Source: Christensenellales bacterium
GTDB lineage: Bacteria; Bacillota; Clostridia; Christensenellales; SZUA-584
Direction of reading: 5' to 3'
Assembly (NCBI GenBank): GCA_050943215.1
Contig: JBMNOU010000003.1
Coordinates: 1,269 to 65,268 of the forward strand
DNA: 64,000 nucleotides
Shown here piece after piece: positions 9,349 through 18,760 of the stretch. A program made the translations under genes and the position numbers. Position 1 is the first letter of the stretch. Each line of letters starts with the position of its first letter. Under the pieces are notes generated by a model, which ran no database searches, was not told the origin of the DNA, and saw only the letters and a list, made by a program, of their open reading frames with translations.

Positions 9349-10242
9349 ATGGGACCCTACAAAAATATTTTAGATACGATAGGTAATTCACCTTTGGTAA
9401 AAATTAACAGGCTATGCACAAAGGAAACTGTTGATATATATGCAAAGATAGAAGGCACTAACCCGGGCGGCAGCATAAAAGACAGGATCGCTTTAAAGAT
9501 GGTAGAACAGGCAGAAGCGGAGGGAATGCTAAGGCCCGGCAAAACAATTATCGAGCCAACCTCGGGCAATACGGGTATTGCTCTTGCGATGATCGGTGCC
9601 GTTAAAGGGTATGATGTAGAGATCGTGATGAGTGCTGCAGTATCCATCGAGCGCCAGAAGATGATTACTGCTTTTGGTGGTAAAGTAATATTAACCGCTG
9701 CGGACGAGGGCACCGATGGCGCAATCCGAAAAGCACGTAGGATGGTTGCAGAGAATCCGGAAAAATATTTTATGCCGGACCAGTTTACAAACCGGTACAA
9801 TAATCTAGCGCACTATTCGACAACGGCTGAAGAGATGATCAGGGATACTGTCGGACGTATTACCCACTTTGTATCAGCGCTGGGCACATCGGGGACGTTG
9901 ATGGGCACCGCAAAAAGGTTAAAAGAGTTAAATCCGGATATCAAGATTGTCGAAGCCCAGCCTGTGAAAGGGCACTACATCCAGGGGCTTAAAAATATGA
10001 GCGAGGCAATTGTGCCTGAGATATACGACCCTTCAAAGATCGATATTTCCATTATGATCGATTCCGAAGAGGCGTTCAAGATGGTAAGGCGGATCGTCAG
10101 GGAGGAAGGGATATTCTGCGGCATGTCATCTGGTGCTGCAATGCTAGCATCGCTCAAAGTTGCCGAGATGATTGACAAAGGCGTTATTGTCTGCATATTC
10201 CCGGACAGGGGAGAAAAATACCTTAGCACACAATTGTTCTAG
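9349..10242 (+). CDS. cysK: Cysteine synthase / O-acetylserine sulfhydrylase family PLP enzyme
   Basis: NPGGSIKDR (PLP lysine), TSGNTGIALA, GTSGT loop; 297 aa. Confidence 0.82.
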   Translation: MGPYKNILDTIGNSPLVKINRLCTKETVDIYAKIEGTNPGGSIKDRIALKMVEQAEAEGMLRPGKTIIEPTSGNTGIALAMIGAVKGYDVEIVMSAAVSIERQKMITAFGGKVILTAADEGTDGAIRKARRMVAENPEKYFMPDQFTNRYNNLAHYSTTAEEMIRDTVGRITHFVSALGTSGTLMGTAKRLKELNPDIKIVEAQPVKGHYIQGLKNMSEAIVPEIYDPSKIDISIMIDSEEAFKMVRRIVREEGIFCGMSSGAAMLASLKVAEMIDKGVIVCIFPDRGEKYLSTQLF

Positions 10243-10254
10243 GTAATAAAATAT

Positions 10255-10288
10255 AAAAAGAGCTTAATTGGCATAGCTCTTTTTTTTA
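10255..10288. terminator. Intrinsic terminator after cysK (A-run and T-run on both sides)
   Basis: AAAAAGAGCT-loop-AGCTCTTTTTTTT. Confidence 0.7.
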
Positions 10289-10486
10289 TCGTAAAATAAA
10301 TGCTCTGCGTTTGTATAGAGGTTATTGGCCGGGTTAAACAAGAATAAAACACTGACCCTTTAAAGGTGCGGTAACAGTCTGAGCAGCTTGCTAAACCGCC
10401 AGTTACTTTTGTCGTACCTTGTAAAGAACCTTTTAGGGTTTCAATACCTCCATCGTAACGGGTAGATGATTGTTATATCCAGAAAT

Positions 10487-12088
10487 TTAGGTTGTTTCGG
10501 GTATCGGCATCGGCTCTTTCGTTGCTTCTTTTGTTGGTTCAGTTGTCGGTTCTGCCGTTGGTTCTGCAGTCGGCTCTGCCGTTGGTTCTGCAGTCGGTTC
10601 TGCAGTCGGTTCTGCAGTCGGTTCTGCAGTCGGCTCTACCGTTGGTTCTGCCGTTGGTTCTACCGTTGGTTCTGCTGTCGGACTTGGCGTAGGTGTTGGC
10701 GCAGGCGGATTTGAAATATAGACGTATAGCGATGCGTATAGTCTGTTAAGATCGTTTGTTGCATGGCTCATTTTGCTGATATCGCTGCTGGATAAAGAAG
10801 ATTTGGCACTCTTTAGAAGTGCTTTTGCATTATGTATTTGCTCGCTGGTTAATATGCTCGGATGATCCGATAAAAGATTGCTGAGCCTGTTAATCGCTTT
10901 GTTAAGGCTAGATTTTGCCGCATCATTTTTGACGTAGCCGATACTGTAATTCCAATCGATATCCGGCTCAACACCGAAAATTGCCTTGATAATCTCCTGT
11001 GTGTACGTATGGTCAAGCACATAGTATGTCGCGTTATAGACCTGCATATATTGTCCTTGAAGCGTATACCGATTGCATTCGGTATCTAGATTGAGATCAA
11101 GCGCAAACAATGTAAGTGCGACGATCTGCTCAAAATTAAGGTTTGTGTATATATCTGACTGTGCCTTCTGATAGATTTTGGGGATATCTTTTAAAATCGA
11201 TGCGTCTTTCATCTGATTAAATACACTCATCAAGAGCCGCTGCTGCCTATCGATTCTATCGATATCCGTACCCGAAGTAATACCCTTACGTGCACGGCAG
11301 TAATCAAGCACTGCTTGGCCGTCAAGCAGCTGATAGCCCTTGCTAAGATAGCGCCCGTTCATATATATTTCGTAATCAACGTCATACCAAACTCCGCCGA
11401 TGATATTGACGATATCCTTGACCGCTTGCATCTCTACACCGATATAATAGTTGATGGGTATGCCGCCGATCGTAGTACTGATTGTTTCCATCAGACATTT
11501 AAAGCCATCCCCTTGGGCACCCCCGGCCGACATAAAAGCTCCGTTGATCTTCCATTTTTGATTGGTAAACGCTATATCGGCATAGCTATCCCTCGGGATG
11601 GAAAGCATATCGGCCTTTCCGGTGGCGAAGTTAACGGAGACAAGAAGTATCGTGTCCGTTCTAAAATCATTACGGCCTTCTCTTTCCTCGGAGTAATCGA
11701 TCCCTGTGATTAGAACGTTAACCCTATCTTTCATAAAATCCATATCCGCCTGCATTTTAAGGAGCTCTTCGGGCGAATAGGTCTGTGTCGGAACGGGTAA
11801 GTGGCTAAGCGTTATTGCGGCGGTTGGCTGGGAAGCTGTCTGCACCGGCCTTGGAGTGGGATCGGGAAAAGCTGCGCGTCCGTTGACAACGGTGACATAT
11901 AAGAAACGCACTAAGATAACGACTGCTACCAAAACCCCTACTAGCAGACAGTATTTGATGATTTTGACTGTTGTAATAGGCTTATGGAAAAGACGTTCTT
12001 CAGGCGGCTTTTTTTTACCACCATTGCGTTTCATGGTTACGGCGTTTGGCTGGTTAAAATCCGAGGCTTTTTTATGGTGATTAAACAT
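10487..12088 (-). CDS. LytR-CpsA-Psr (LCP) family cell-envelope phosphotransferase with a Pro/Thr/Glu-rich repeat tail
   Basis: N-terminal TM anchor. LCP core (NVLITGIDYSEEREGRNDFRTDTILLVSVN...MLSIPRDSY). C-terminal repeat (EPTA)n. Confidence 0.85.
   Translation of the reverse strand: MFNHHKKASDFNQPNAVTMKRNGGKKKPPEERLFHKPITTVKIIKYCLLVGVLVAVVILVRFLYVTVVNGRAAFPDPTPRPVQTASQPTAAITLSHLPVPTQTYSPEELLKMQADMDFMKDRVNVLITGIDYSEEREGRNDFRTDTILLVSVNFATGKADMLSIPRDSYADIAFTNQKWKINGAFMSAGGAQGDGFKCLMETISTTIGGIPINYYIGVEMQAVKDIVNIIGGVWYDVDYEIYMNGRYLSKGYQLLDGQAVLDYCRARKGITSGTDIDRIDRQQRLLMSVFNQMKDASILKDIPKIYQKAQSDIYTNLNFEQIVALTLFALDLNLDTECNRYTLQGQYMQVYNATYYVLDHTYTQEIIKAIFGVEPDIDWNYSIGYVKNDAAKSSLNKAINRLSNLLSDHPSILTSEQIHNAKALLKSAKSSLSSSDISKMSHATNDLNRLYASLYVYISNPPAPTPTPSPTAEPTVEPTAEPTVEPTAEPTAEPTAEPTAEPTAEPTAEPTAEPTTEPTKEATKEPMPIPETT
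10520..10700. repeat. Coding 12-nt tandem repeat (about 13 units) encoding EPTA/EPTV
   Basis: GGTTCTGCAGTC / GGTTCTGCCGTT units are reiterated head to tail. All three plus-strand frames give periodic pseudo-ORFs. Confidence 0.9.
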
Positions 12089-12197
12089 TTTTTAATACCT
12101 TTCAAAATTTAGCAAAAGCGCTTACTTTATTATAACACAACCAGTATTTTCAATATTATTAATATTATGAAATCTCTTATATTGCTCTATTTTAATA

Positions 12198-12232
12198 CAA
12201 AAAAAGCGCTCCTTACCGAAGCGCTCATTTTT
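12198..12232. terminator. Bidirectional hairpin downstream of the NlpC/P60 gene
   Basis: AAAAAAAGCGCT-9 nt-AGCGCTCATTTTT. Confidence 0.55.
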
Positions 12233-12238
12233 GTTGTA

Positions 12239-13180
12239 TTAACCGACATGACGTGCAAAAACGTAATTTCTTGCCCAGTAGACGTTCCCAAGATCACTGA
12301 TCATGACTTTTGCCTGACCGGAAGATGCGTGTACAAACTGTCCGTTGCCAATGTATATGCCCATGTGGCTGATATAACTCGAACTATCTGAGCGGAAGAA
12401 TATAAGATCACCTTTTGACAGCAAAGCCGTGCCCGTAATCTTCGTCCAGGCTGAATACTCACTGTAAGCTGCTGCGCTCAGCCGCGATACACTGTAGCCC
12501 GCATTATTCAGCGCATAATATGCAAGCCCGGAACAGTCATAAGACGAAGGTCCAGATCCACCCAGCACATATGGCTTTCCGACCTGTGCGGCGGCGATAT
12601 ATGCAATCTTGCTTGCTGATGTATTTGGCATGGCCGCCGTTGGAGAAACGGTTCCGGAAAACAGCTTGTTTCTTGTCACCGGCCCTGCAATCCCATCGGC
12701 AGCCAGTCCGTATGCTTTTTGAAAGCCTAGAACCGCGGATTTTGTGATACTGCCGTAATATCCTGTGATGCTGCCGTACGTATAGAACCCGAGTTCTTTA
12801 AGCTTTGCCTGTAGCGTAGTTACTGCTTCTCCCCTATTGCCGATATTCAGTATCAGGCTTTTTGCAAAGGATGAATAGAGCTTTGCTTGTGTCGCCGCTC
12901 CGGCAATACCGTCCGCTGCAAGCCCATGGTTATTCTGGAAGCGAACAACAGCGGTCTTGGTCAGCGCTCCGTAATATCCTGTTGAACCCTTGTAATCAAG
13001 GTATCCAAGATTATGCAATCTGTTTTGAAGAGACGACACACTGTCTCCTGTGCTGCCTATTTTAAGCAAAGTGCCAGATGTTAAATCAGCAGCAAATGCT
13101 GTTGGCATCATCATGATAAGTACTGCAACAATACAGATGGTTATGATGACGGCGTGCCTTAATGCTTTGTTTTTCTTCAT
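12239..13180 (-). CDS. NlpC/P60 (C40) peptidoglycan endopeptidase with two PG_binding_1 domains
   Basis: Signal peptide. Two repeats of the form LQ..L..LGY...TGYYG..T..AV..FQ. C-terminal GKPYVLGG...YDCSGL...HMGIYIG catalytic core. Confidence 0.9.
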   Translation of the reverse strand: MKKNKALRHAVIITICIVAVLIMMMPTAFAADLTSGTLLKIGSTGDSVSSLQNRLHNLGYLDYKGSTGYYGALTKTAVVRFQNNHGLAADGIAGAATQAKLYSSFAKSLILNIGNRGEAVTTLQAKLKELGFYTYGSITGYYGSITKSAVLGFQKAYGLAADGIAGPVTRNKLFSGTVSPTAAMPNTSASKIAYIAAAQVGKPYVLGGSGPSSYDCSGLAYYALNNAGYSVSRLSAAAYSEYSAWTKITGTALLSKGDLIFFRSDSSSYISHMGIYIGNGQFVHASSGQAKVMISDLGNVYWARNYVFARHVG

Positions 13181-13391
13181 GTTATGTTTCCCCTCCTTTC
13201 ACTGTATTATAACTGGGCATACATGAAAGGCACAAAACACGCTATTGTATGTTATCACCGTTTAAATATCAACGCCTGTATATATTACGGTTATATTAAT
13301 TTAATATTACATTTTAAAGAGGAATACGCTGTTATACGCATTATTCATGTTTAATTATTGGAAACAGTGGATAATGTGGTTAATGAATAAT

Positions 13392-13418
13392 AAAAAAAGG
13401 AACCGTATTAACGGTTCC
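13392..13418 (-). terminator. Intrinsic terminator of the perR-dfx-rbr operon
   Basis: GGAACCGT-ATTA-ACGGTTCC followed by a T-run on the minus strand. Confidence 0.75.
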
Positions 13419-13434
13419 AAGCTACAAATGTTCG

Positions 13435-13977
13435 TTAATAGGTTTTTACATATAGCTCAAAGTAGTCGCGCGGATGCGAACACACGGGGCATTTCTCGGG
13501 TGCGTCTTTGGCAACCAGCCTGTGCCCGCAGTTGGAACATATCCATTCTGCTTCGGCGTCTTTAGAGAAAACCGATTTTCTTTGGATATTTTTGAGCAGT
13601 GCCTGGTACCGCTGCTCGTGTTCTTTTTCTATTTTTGCGACGCCTTCAAACATATAGGCGATTTCATCAAAGCCTTCTTCTCGCGCTTCTTTAGCCATGC
13701 GCGGGTACATCTGGGTCCATTCGCCATTTTCCCCTGATGCGGCATCGGCCAGATTCTCCTCTGTTGAACTGATATCCGCTAAAAGCTTATACCACAATTT
13801 TGCATGTTCTTTTTCATTAGCTGCCGTTTCTGTAAAAAAATTTGAGATCTGAACATACCCGTCCTTCTTTGCCTGTGATGCAAAAAATGTGTATTTGTTT
13901 CGAGCCTGAGACTCGCCGGCAAAGGCTTCCATCAAATTCTTTTCCGTTTTTGTTCCTTTTAAATCCTTCATCTTCAA
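13435..13977 (-). CDS. rbr: Rubrerythrin
   Basis: N-terminal diiron ferritin-like domain ([32 protein letters not shown]) and C-terminal rubredoxin-like CSNCGH...CPVCSHP. Confidence 0.92.
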   Translation of the reverse strand: MKMKDLKGTKTEKNLMEAFAGESQARNKYTFFASQAKKDGYVQISNFFTETAANEKEHAKLWYKLLADISSTEENLADAASGENGEWTQMYPRMAKEAREEGFDEIAYMFEGVAKIEKEHEQRYQALLKNIQRKSVFSKDAEAEWICSNCGHRLVAKDAPEKCPVCSHPRDYFELYVKTY

Positions 13978-14009
13978 TATCCTCCTTTTTTATAATAATA
14001 CCAATATGA

Positions 14010-14390
14010 TTATGCCTTCCAAAGCCCGTGAAGGTTGCAGTACGCAAAAACAGCTTCGATATCGTGCGCTTTTAAGTTAAATGTTGCCTCGGGCGCACAC
14101 GTTGCACATAGTCTGGCTCTTCCGTATTTTCCGTCTTTTTTTACGATCTCGATAAACGCGATATGATGCTCCTCAGTCATAGGGTGTGGCACGCTACCAA
14201 GCGTTATCGTGGTTGTATCACCGTTAGATACGATAACAGGGACATGTTTTTCTTTGCCTGTATCTTGTGTTTTTGCTTTGAGAAGAATCATCCTTTGCCC
14301 ACAGCAGACCAAAGTAGGTGTGCCGGGATTCGCAACGCTGACGACATGCCCGCATACTTCGCAGTGATAATAATCATTATAATTTGTCAT
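14010..14390 (-). CDS. dfx: Desulfoferrodoxin (2Fe superoxide reductase)
   Basis: N-terminal desulforedoxin motif CEVCGH...CCGQ and a centre-II region EKHVPV...HPMTEEHHI...C..H; 126 aa. Confidence 0.88.
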   Translation of the reverse strand: MTNYNDYYHCEVCGHVVSVANPGTPTLVCCGQRMILLKAKTQDTGKEKHVPVIVSNGDTTTITLGSVPHPMTEEHHIAFIEIVKKDGKYGRARLCATCAPEATFNLKAHDIEAVFAYCNLHGLWKA

Positions 14391-14403
14391 GGTCGTATAC
14401 TCC

Positions 14404-14799
14404 TTATTTTTTATTTATTGATTTGCAATTTTCGCAAATACCGTAAAAAGTAACCGAACACCCTTCAATCTGATGAGGGGTGTTTCTTGCACAGCCGTTT
14501 AGGTTGTATTCAAGATCGTCTGCATCCATGTCATAAACCCGCTCACAATTGCTGCAATAAAAATGCGTATGCATAGTTGTATTCGCATCATATCTGTCAA
14601 AAGTGCTGCAAGAGAGCCGCTGTAAGAGCCCCTGCTCTTCAAGAATTCCAAGATTCCTATATACCGTACTTATGCTGAGGTTAGGAAATTGCGGCTTCAT
14701 CTTTTCGTATAGCCAAATAGCATTTGGATGGGATGTTGTCCCTTTAAGCAATTCCAGCATATATTTTCTCTGTTTTGTATTTCTTTGTGGTCTTTTCAT
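14404..14799 (-). CDS. perR: Fur-family peroxide-responsive repressor (PerR-like)
   Basis: Winged-helix region (STVYRNLGILEEQGLL), two CxxC pairs (CSNC, CENC) and HTH...H residues. First gene of an operon with dfx and rbr. Confidence 0.8.
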   Translation of the reverse strand: MKRPQRNTKQRKYMLELLKGTTSHPNAIWLYEKMKPQFPNLSISTVYRNLGILEEQGLLQRLSCSTFDRYDANTTMHTHFYCSNCERVYDMDADDLEYNLNGCARNTPHQIEGCSVTFYGICENCKSINKK

Positions 14800-14824
14800 T
14801 TTTACACCGCAAGCCTATTAGGAA

Positions 14825-14864
14825 TCATTATTATTAAGATAACATCTAGGTGCTATGTTGTCAA
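14825..14864 (-). promoter_or_regulatory. Putative perR promoter with an overlapping Fur/PerR-box-like imperfect 7-1-7 palindrome
   Basis: On the minus strand: TTGACA (14864-14859), 17-nt spacer, TATCTT (14841-14836). TCATTAT-T-ATTAAGA (14825-14839) overlaps the -10 element. The region is AT-rich, so a chance match is plausible. Confidence 0.35.
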
Positions 14865-14932
14865 TATTATTTCAAAATATTTGAATATCTATTTCGGAAC
14901 ATCTTTAGTATAATAAAACAAAAAAGGAGAAA

Positions 14933-16924
14933 ATGATGAGAGCCGGTAAACTTTTTTTGGTGGTGATTATTTCTTTTGTGATGGCGATGCCTCTTTTCGG
15001 CTGTAGTCAGGATCTGGCGCAGAACAGCGGCGCACATTTTTTTGAAACGGATTATCAAGGCTGGGCATGGGAAAAAAACACACCTCAGCCATCCGAATCC
15101 GGCTCTCAGGAATCTGAGAATTGGACAATTATGATCTACATGATAGGGTCAGATCTTGAGAGTAAAGGCGGCGAAGCAACTGCTAACCTTGAGAGCATCT
15201 TAAGTGTGGCTTTGCCTGAAAGTGTCCGGATTATACTATACACAGGCGGTACCATCAGCTGGCAGAACGATCTGATTGATCCGAGCAATAATCAGATATG
15301 GAGCGTAAAAGAGGGATCGCTCGTGCTGCTTGAGAATCTAAAATCGAAGAACATGGGCGAGAGCGGCACGCTGATTGAATTTATTGATTATGCTCAGACG
15401 AACTACCCCGCAGATAAAAAAGCGCTTCTCTTTTGGGACCATGGCGCGGGAAGCATACATGGGTTTGGGGCCGATGAGCTTTTTGAATATGACGGGCTTT
15501 GGCTGTCAGAATTATCTCAGGCTCTGGGCGAGAGCTTTGATGGGCATGCATTTGAATTGATCGGTTTTGACGCTTGCCTAATGGCAAGCATTGAGACGGC
15601 GAGCGTACTCGAACCATATGCAAAGTATATGGTGGCTTCGGAAGAGGTCGAGCCGGGGGGCGGCTGGGGCTATGAGTATTTTTTCGGTCAGCTCGCGGAA
15701 AACCCCGGGATGTCCGGACGAGAACTGGGTATTGCAATAACAGATGGATATTATAATAAATATGCCGGGACCACTACGGAAGATATCATTACATGCTCTG
15801 TAATAGACCTGTCTAAAATACCAGCACTTGAAGAAATGCTAGGGACATTCTCGGCCAGTTTAAGCGGAAGCATTGTACAGCGCGAATCGATGTCGATGCT
15901 TGCAAAAGTGAGGCAAAATGTAGAAAGCTATGGAGAAGAACCGGGTACCGTTTCCTTCGATATGATTGATCTATATGGTTTTATCTCTCTTCAAAAAGGC
16001 GCCGACCAGATGCTTTTGCAAAGCCTGCTAGATGCAATACGGGGTACGGTCGTCTACGAGGTGAGCGGCGCTCAGAGGTTGTATTCTTACGGACTATCAA
16101 TATATTTTCCGTTTGCAGCAAAAGAATATTTTGATTACAGCTTTGGTATTTATAATGATATAGATTTTTGTCCTAAATATAAGGAGTTTGCTTTTGACTT
16201 TGCATCTAGGCTTACGGACCAGTCGTATTTAAATGCTGTACCCGAATATCCGGATACGTTAATTGAGGAAAGTATGGAACTGAATGATCCGGAAGAAGAT
16301 TACAGCGAAATAGGTTCCTATTATGTAAAGCTGACTGATGAAGAGATGGAATATATGTCCTACGTTTATTGTGTGCTTGGAATATACCTCGATGACGGTA
16401 CGCTGATCGATCTTGGGTATGACAGCGACCTTACAATAGACTACAGCGACAATACGATACACGATAATTTCGGTGGATGGTGGACGGGGCTTAACGATCA
16501 GCCTGTCGCTGTTTATGTTATGGGGGAAACGGATGAGTATGTGATTTACAATATACCTGTGCTGTATAATGGAGAGAAGGCGGTTGTCAAAGGGGCATGG
16601 ATATGGGACAGTACTTATGAAGAAGGCGGATATTTTACGTATAACGGCATATTTTATTCGACTAACGAATATTCCATACCTAATACGAAACTATCGATAG
16701 ACCTTCAGATAGGGGATGCAATCACGCCGATATATACCACGCTTTACTCTCAGGACGGCTTTGATGGATATTATGAGGGCAATACGTTTTATGTTGACGA
16801 AAACGGGCTATATCTCGGGCTTATCTCGCTACCGAATGGTTTTTACCAATACGGGTTTATGTTTATTGACTGTTATGGCAATACGCATTATTCAGACTTC
16901 ATTGATTTAGAGCTATATGAATAA
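14933..16924 (+). CDS. Clostripain-family (peptidase C11) cysteine protease, predicted lipoprotein
   Basis: Lipobox LFGC. WTIMIYMIGSDLE, catalytic His context LLFWDHGAG and Cys context IGFDACLMAS. The second ATG at 14936 has better SD spacing. Confidence 0.8.
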   Translation: MMRAGKLFLVVIISFVMAMPLFGCSQDLAQNSGAHFFETDYQGWAWEKNTPQPSESGSQESENWTIMIYMIGSDLESKGGEATANLESILSVALPESVRIILYTGGTISWQNDLIDPSNNQIWSVKEGSLVLLENLKSKNMGESGTLIEFIDYAQTNYPADKKALLFWDHGAGSIHGFGADELFEYDGLWLSELSQALGESFDGHAFELIGFDACLMASIETASVLEPYAKYMVASEEVEPGGGWGYEYFFGQLAENPGMSGRELGIAITDGYYNKYAGTTTEDIITCSVIDLSKIPALEEMLGTFSASLSGSIVQRESMSMLAKVRQNVESYGEEPGTVSFDMIDLYGFISLQKGADQMLLQSLLDAIRGTVVYEVSGAQRLYSYGLSIYFPFAAKEYFDYSFGIYNDIDFCPKYKEFAFDFASRLTDQSYLNAVPEYPDTLIEESMELNDPEEDYSEIGSYYVKLTDEEMEYMSYVYCVLGIYLDDGTLIDLGYDSDLTIDYSDNTIHDNFGGWWTGLNDQPVAVYVMGETDEYVIYNIPVLYNGEKAVVKGAWIWDSTYEEGGYFTYNGIFYSTNEYSIPNTKLSIDLQIGDAITPIYTTLYSQDGFDGYYEGNTFYVDENGLYLGLISLPNGFYQYGFMFIDCYGNTHYSDFIDLELYE

Positions 16925-16998
16925 ACGAGAAAGGCTGCATTGCTTTTATACTATGCAACCTTTACTTTTCTCGGGAAATCCGGCGTTTGCGAAAAAAC

Positions 16999-17496
16999 TT
17001 AAGTCCTTTTTCTCGTTTTGTTCGCTAATATTTCGGAATAGATGATCGCTTTGACATATTCGTTTTGATTTTCAAGAAATTTGATGCCGTCGGCTCTAGC
17101 TGCCGGTCGGCTGTCATATGTATCGCTCTCTGAGTCGGTGCGCATGATCGGTTCTGTTTGGTAGCCGACGCGTTCAAAAGATGAGTAGCTTTCATCAATG
17201 TTAACGGGAGAACTTTGCAAGTGTGTATCTGTATTATAATGGTCTATTCTCCTAGCTGAAGAAGTATCTTCAAAACTTGGGTTGCCGGAATCGGGACCCT
17301 GATTTGACCATGTTTGTTCCGATTCATCAAAATCGTTCACCAGCATAAACGCTTTTTGGATATCGCTAAGCGCCGCGGAACGCGGATATTCTGAACCGTC
17401 TTCGCCGTATGGTTTCTCAGGCGCTTTCTTTTTGGTTAGAGATATGATTATGCCAATAATCACGATAATAATAATGATAAGACCAATGCCTTCCAT
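16999..17496 (-). CDS. Hypothetical single-pass membrane protein with a Ser/Asp/Glu-rich tail; last gene of the nfeD-floA operon
   Basis: N-terminal Ile-rich TM helix followed by a low-complexity acidic region. Lies 10 nt downstream of floA. No recognisable domain. Confidence 0.5.
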   Translation of the reverse strand: MEGIGLIIIIIVIIGIIISLTKKKAPEKPYGEDGSEYPRSAALSDIQKAFMLVNDFDESEQTWSNQGPDSGNPSFEDTSSARRIDHYNTDTHLQSSPVNIDESYSSFERVGYQTEPIMRTDSESDTYDSRPAARADGIKFLENQNEYVKAIIYSEILANKTRKRT

Positions 17497-17506
17497 AATC
17501 TATCGC

Positions 17507-18499
17507 CTATTCCTGCACAATGCTTTTATCGTCTTTGGGATCTGCCGCGTTTGAAATGGCATCCCGCATACTGGTATCAGCCATGACATTTTTCATATTG
17601 TAATAATCCATGATCCCAAGATTGCCTTCTCTGAAAGCGGTCGCCATTGCTCTTGGAATTTCCGCTTCGGCTTCTACGACTTTGGCGCGCATTTCCTGCA
17701 CGGCGGCCTTCATTTCCTGTTCTCTGGCGACAGCCATCGCTCTTCTTTCTTCGGCTTTTGCCTGAGCGATTCTCTTATCCGCCAGAGCCTGGTCGATCTG
17801 AAGCTGAGCACCGATATTTCTTCCGACGTCGACATCGGCGATATCGATGGAAAGGATCTCAAATGCGGTCCCGGCATCGAGTCCTTTGGCAAGAACAGTC
17901 TTTGAAATCAGATCCGGGGTTTCGAGCACCTGTTTATGTGTCAAGGCCGAACCGACCGTCGTGACGATACCCTCCCCGACGCGCGCAATAATTGTTTCCT
18001 CGCCAGCGCCGCCTACCAACCTGTCGATATTTGCCCGTACTGTGACTCTCGCCTTGGCACGAAGTTCAATACCGTCCTTCGCGATGGCAGCGACAACAGG
18101 TGTTTCAATGACCTTGGGATTTACGCTCATCTTGACCGCTGTCAGAACGTCTCGCCCTGCAAGATCAATCGCGGTTGAGCGCTTAAAATCAAGCGGGATA
18201 TCCGCTTTTTGGGCAGCAATCAACGAGTCGACGACCCTGTCTACATTGCCACCCGCGAGATAATGCTGTTCAAGCATATCGGTTGACAAATTGATGCCAG
18301 CTTTGATTGATTTGATAAGCGGATTGGCAATCTTTGCTGGGGGTATCTTCCTTAGCCTCATACCAACCAGTGAAATGATTTTAAGTTTTACACCCGAAGC
18401 TCTTGCCGCTATCCAAAGCCGGACAGGGACAAAACTAAAGAAGAAAACAACAACGATAAAAGCTGCCGCAATAATGATAACAAGTAGCCATGGTTCCAT
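17507..18499 (-). CDS. floA: Flotillin-like protein FloA (SPFH/UPF0365)
   Basis: N-terminal hairpin TM followed by [12 protein letters not shown]...I..L.GMRLR..PP. SPFH body and Ala/Glu-rich coiled coil. nfeD lies upstream. Confidence 0.9.
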   Translation of the reverse strand: MEPWLLVIIIAAAFIVVVFFFSFVPVRLWIAARASGVKLKIISLVGMRLRKIPPAKIANPLIKSIKAGINLSTDMLEQHYLAGGNVDRVVDSLIAAQKADIPLDFKRSTAIDLAGRDVLTAVKMSVNPKVIETPVVAAIAKDGIELRAKARVTVRANIDRLVGGAGEETIIARVGEGIVTTVGSALTHKQVLETPDLISKTVLAKGLDAGTAFEILSIDIADVDVGRNIGAQLQIDQALADKRIAQAKAEERRAMAVAREQEMKAAVQEMRAKVVEAEAEIPRAMATAFREGNLGIMDYYNMKNVMADTSMRDAISNAADPKDDKSIVQE

Positions 18500-18553
18500 A
18501 ACTCATTCTCCTTTAAAATTATTATATTTTACGCACACGGTCCATATACTGGG

Positions 18554-18760
18554 CTAATTGGCGATGAGGTAATACACATAATAAAGAAGCATGATAAAAA
18601 CAATAAAACCGGCTGTGCAGGCGCACATCGTAACAAGCTTTTTATAATCAGACTTGACGGATTTTTTCGAATCCGTTTTTTCTAACAACTTCGCTTCGCA
18701 TTTTTTACAAAACTCCGCTTTATCCGAATATTCTATTCTACATACCGGGCAGTATTTCAT
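18554..18760 (-). CDS. Small zinc-ribbon plus C-terminal TM protein
   Basis: CPVC...14 aa...CKKC followed by a hydrophobic helix. Its start abuts the nfeD stop (18761/18760). Confidence 0.5.
   Translation of the reverse strand: MKYCPVCRIEYSDKAEFCKKCEAKLLEKTDSKKSVKSDYKKLVTMCACTAGFIVFIMLLYYVYYLIAN

Noticed and set aside
10289-10486. Gap of about 200 nt between the cysK terminator and the LCP stop codon, with GCGG/CCGC and GTAAC/GTTAC complementary segments.
   Set aside because: The complementary segments are in the wrong order for a simple hairpin, and no promoter or terminator pair is present. It is most simply a long 3' UTR of the LCP gene ending at the shared terminator.
10466-10714. ORF-track proteins with striking CRF/LQSV periodic sequences on the plus strand (10466..10714 and 10492..10692); the region could also be mistaken for a short-repeat array.
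   Set aside because: They are alternative-frame readings of the 12-nt coding repeat at the 3' end of the minus-strand LCP gene. There are no spacers and the unit is far too short for CRISPR.
13181-13434. Looked for a c-di-AMP (ydaO-type) or other riboswitch upstream of the NlpC/P60 hydrolase gene, since such genes are frequent targets.
   Set aside because: The predicted promoter (TTGATA-17-TACAAT on the minus strand) leaves a leader of only about 60 nt. No conserved riboswitch-like core was recognisable.
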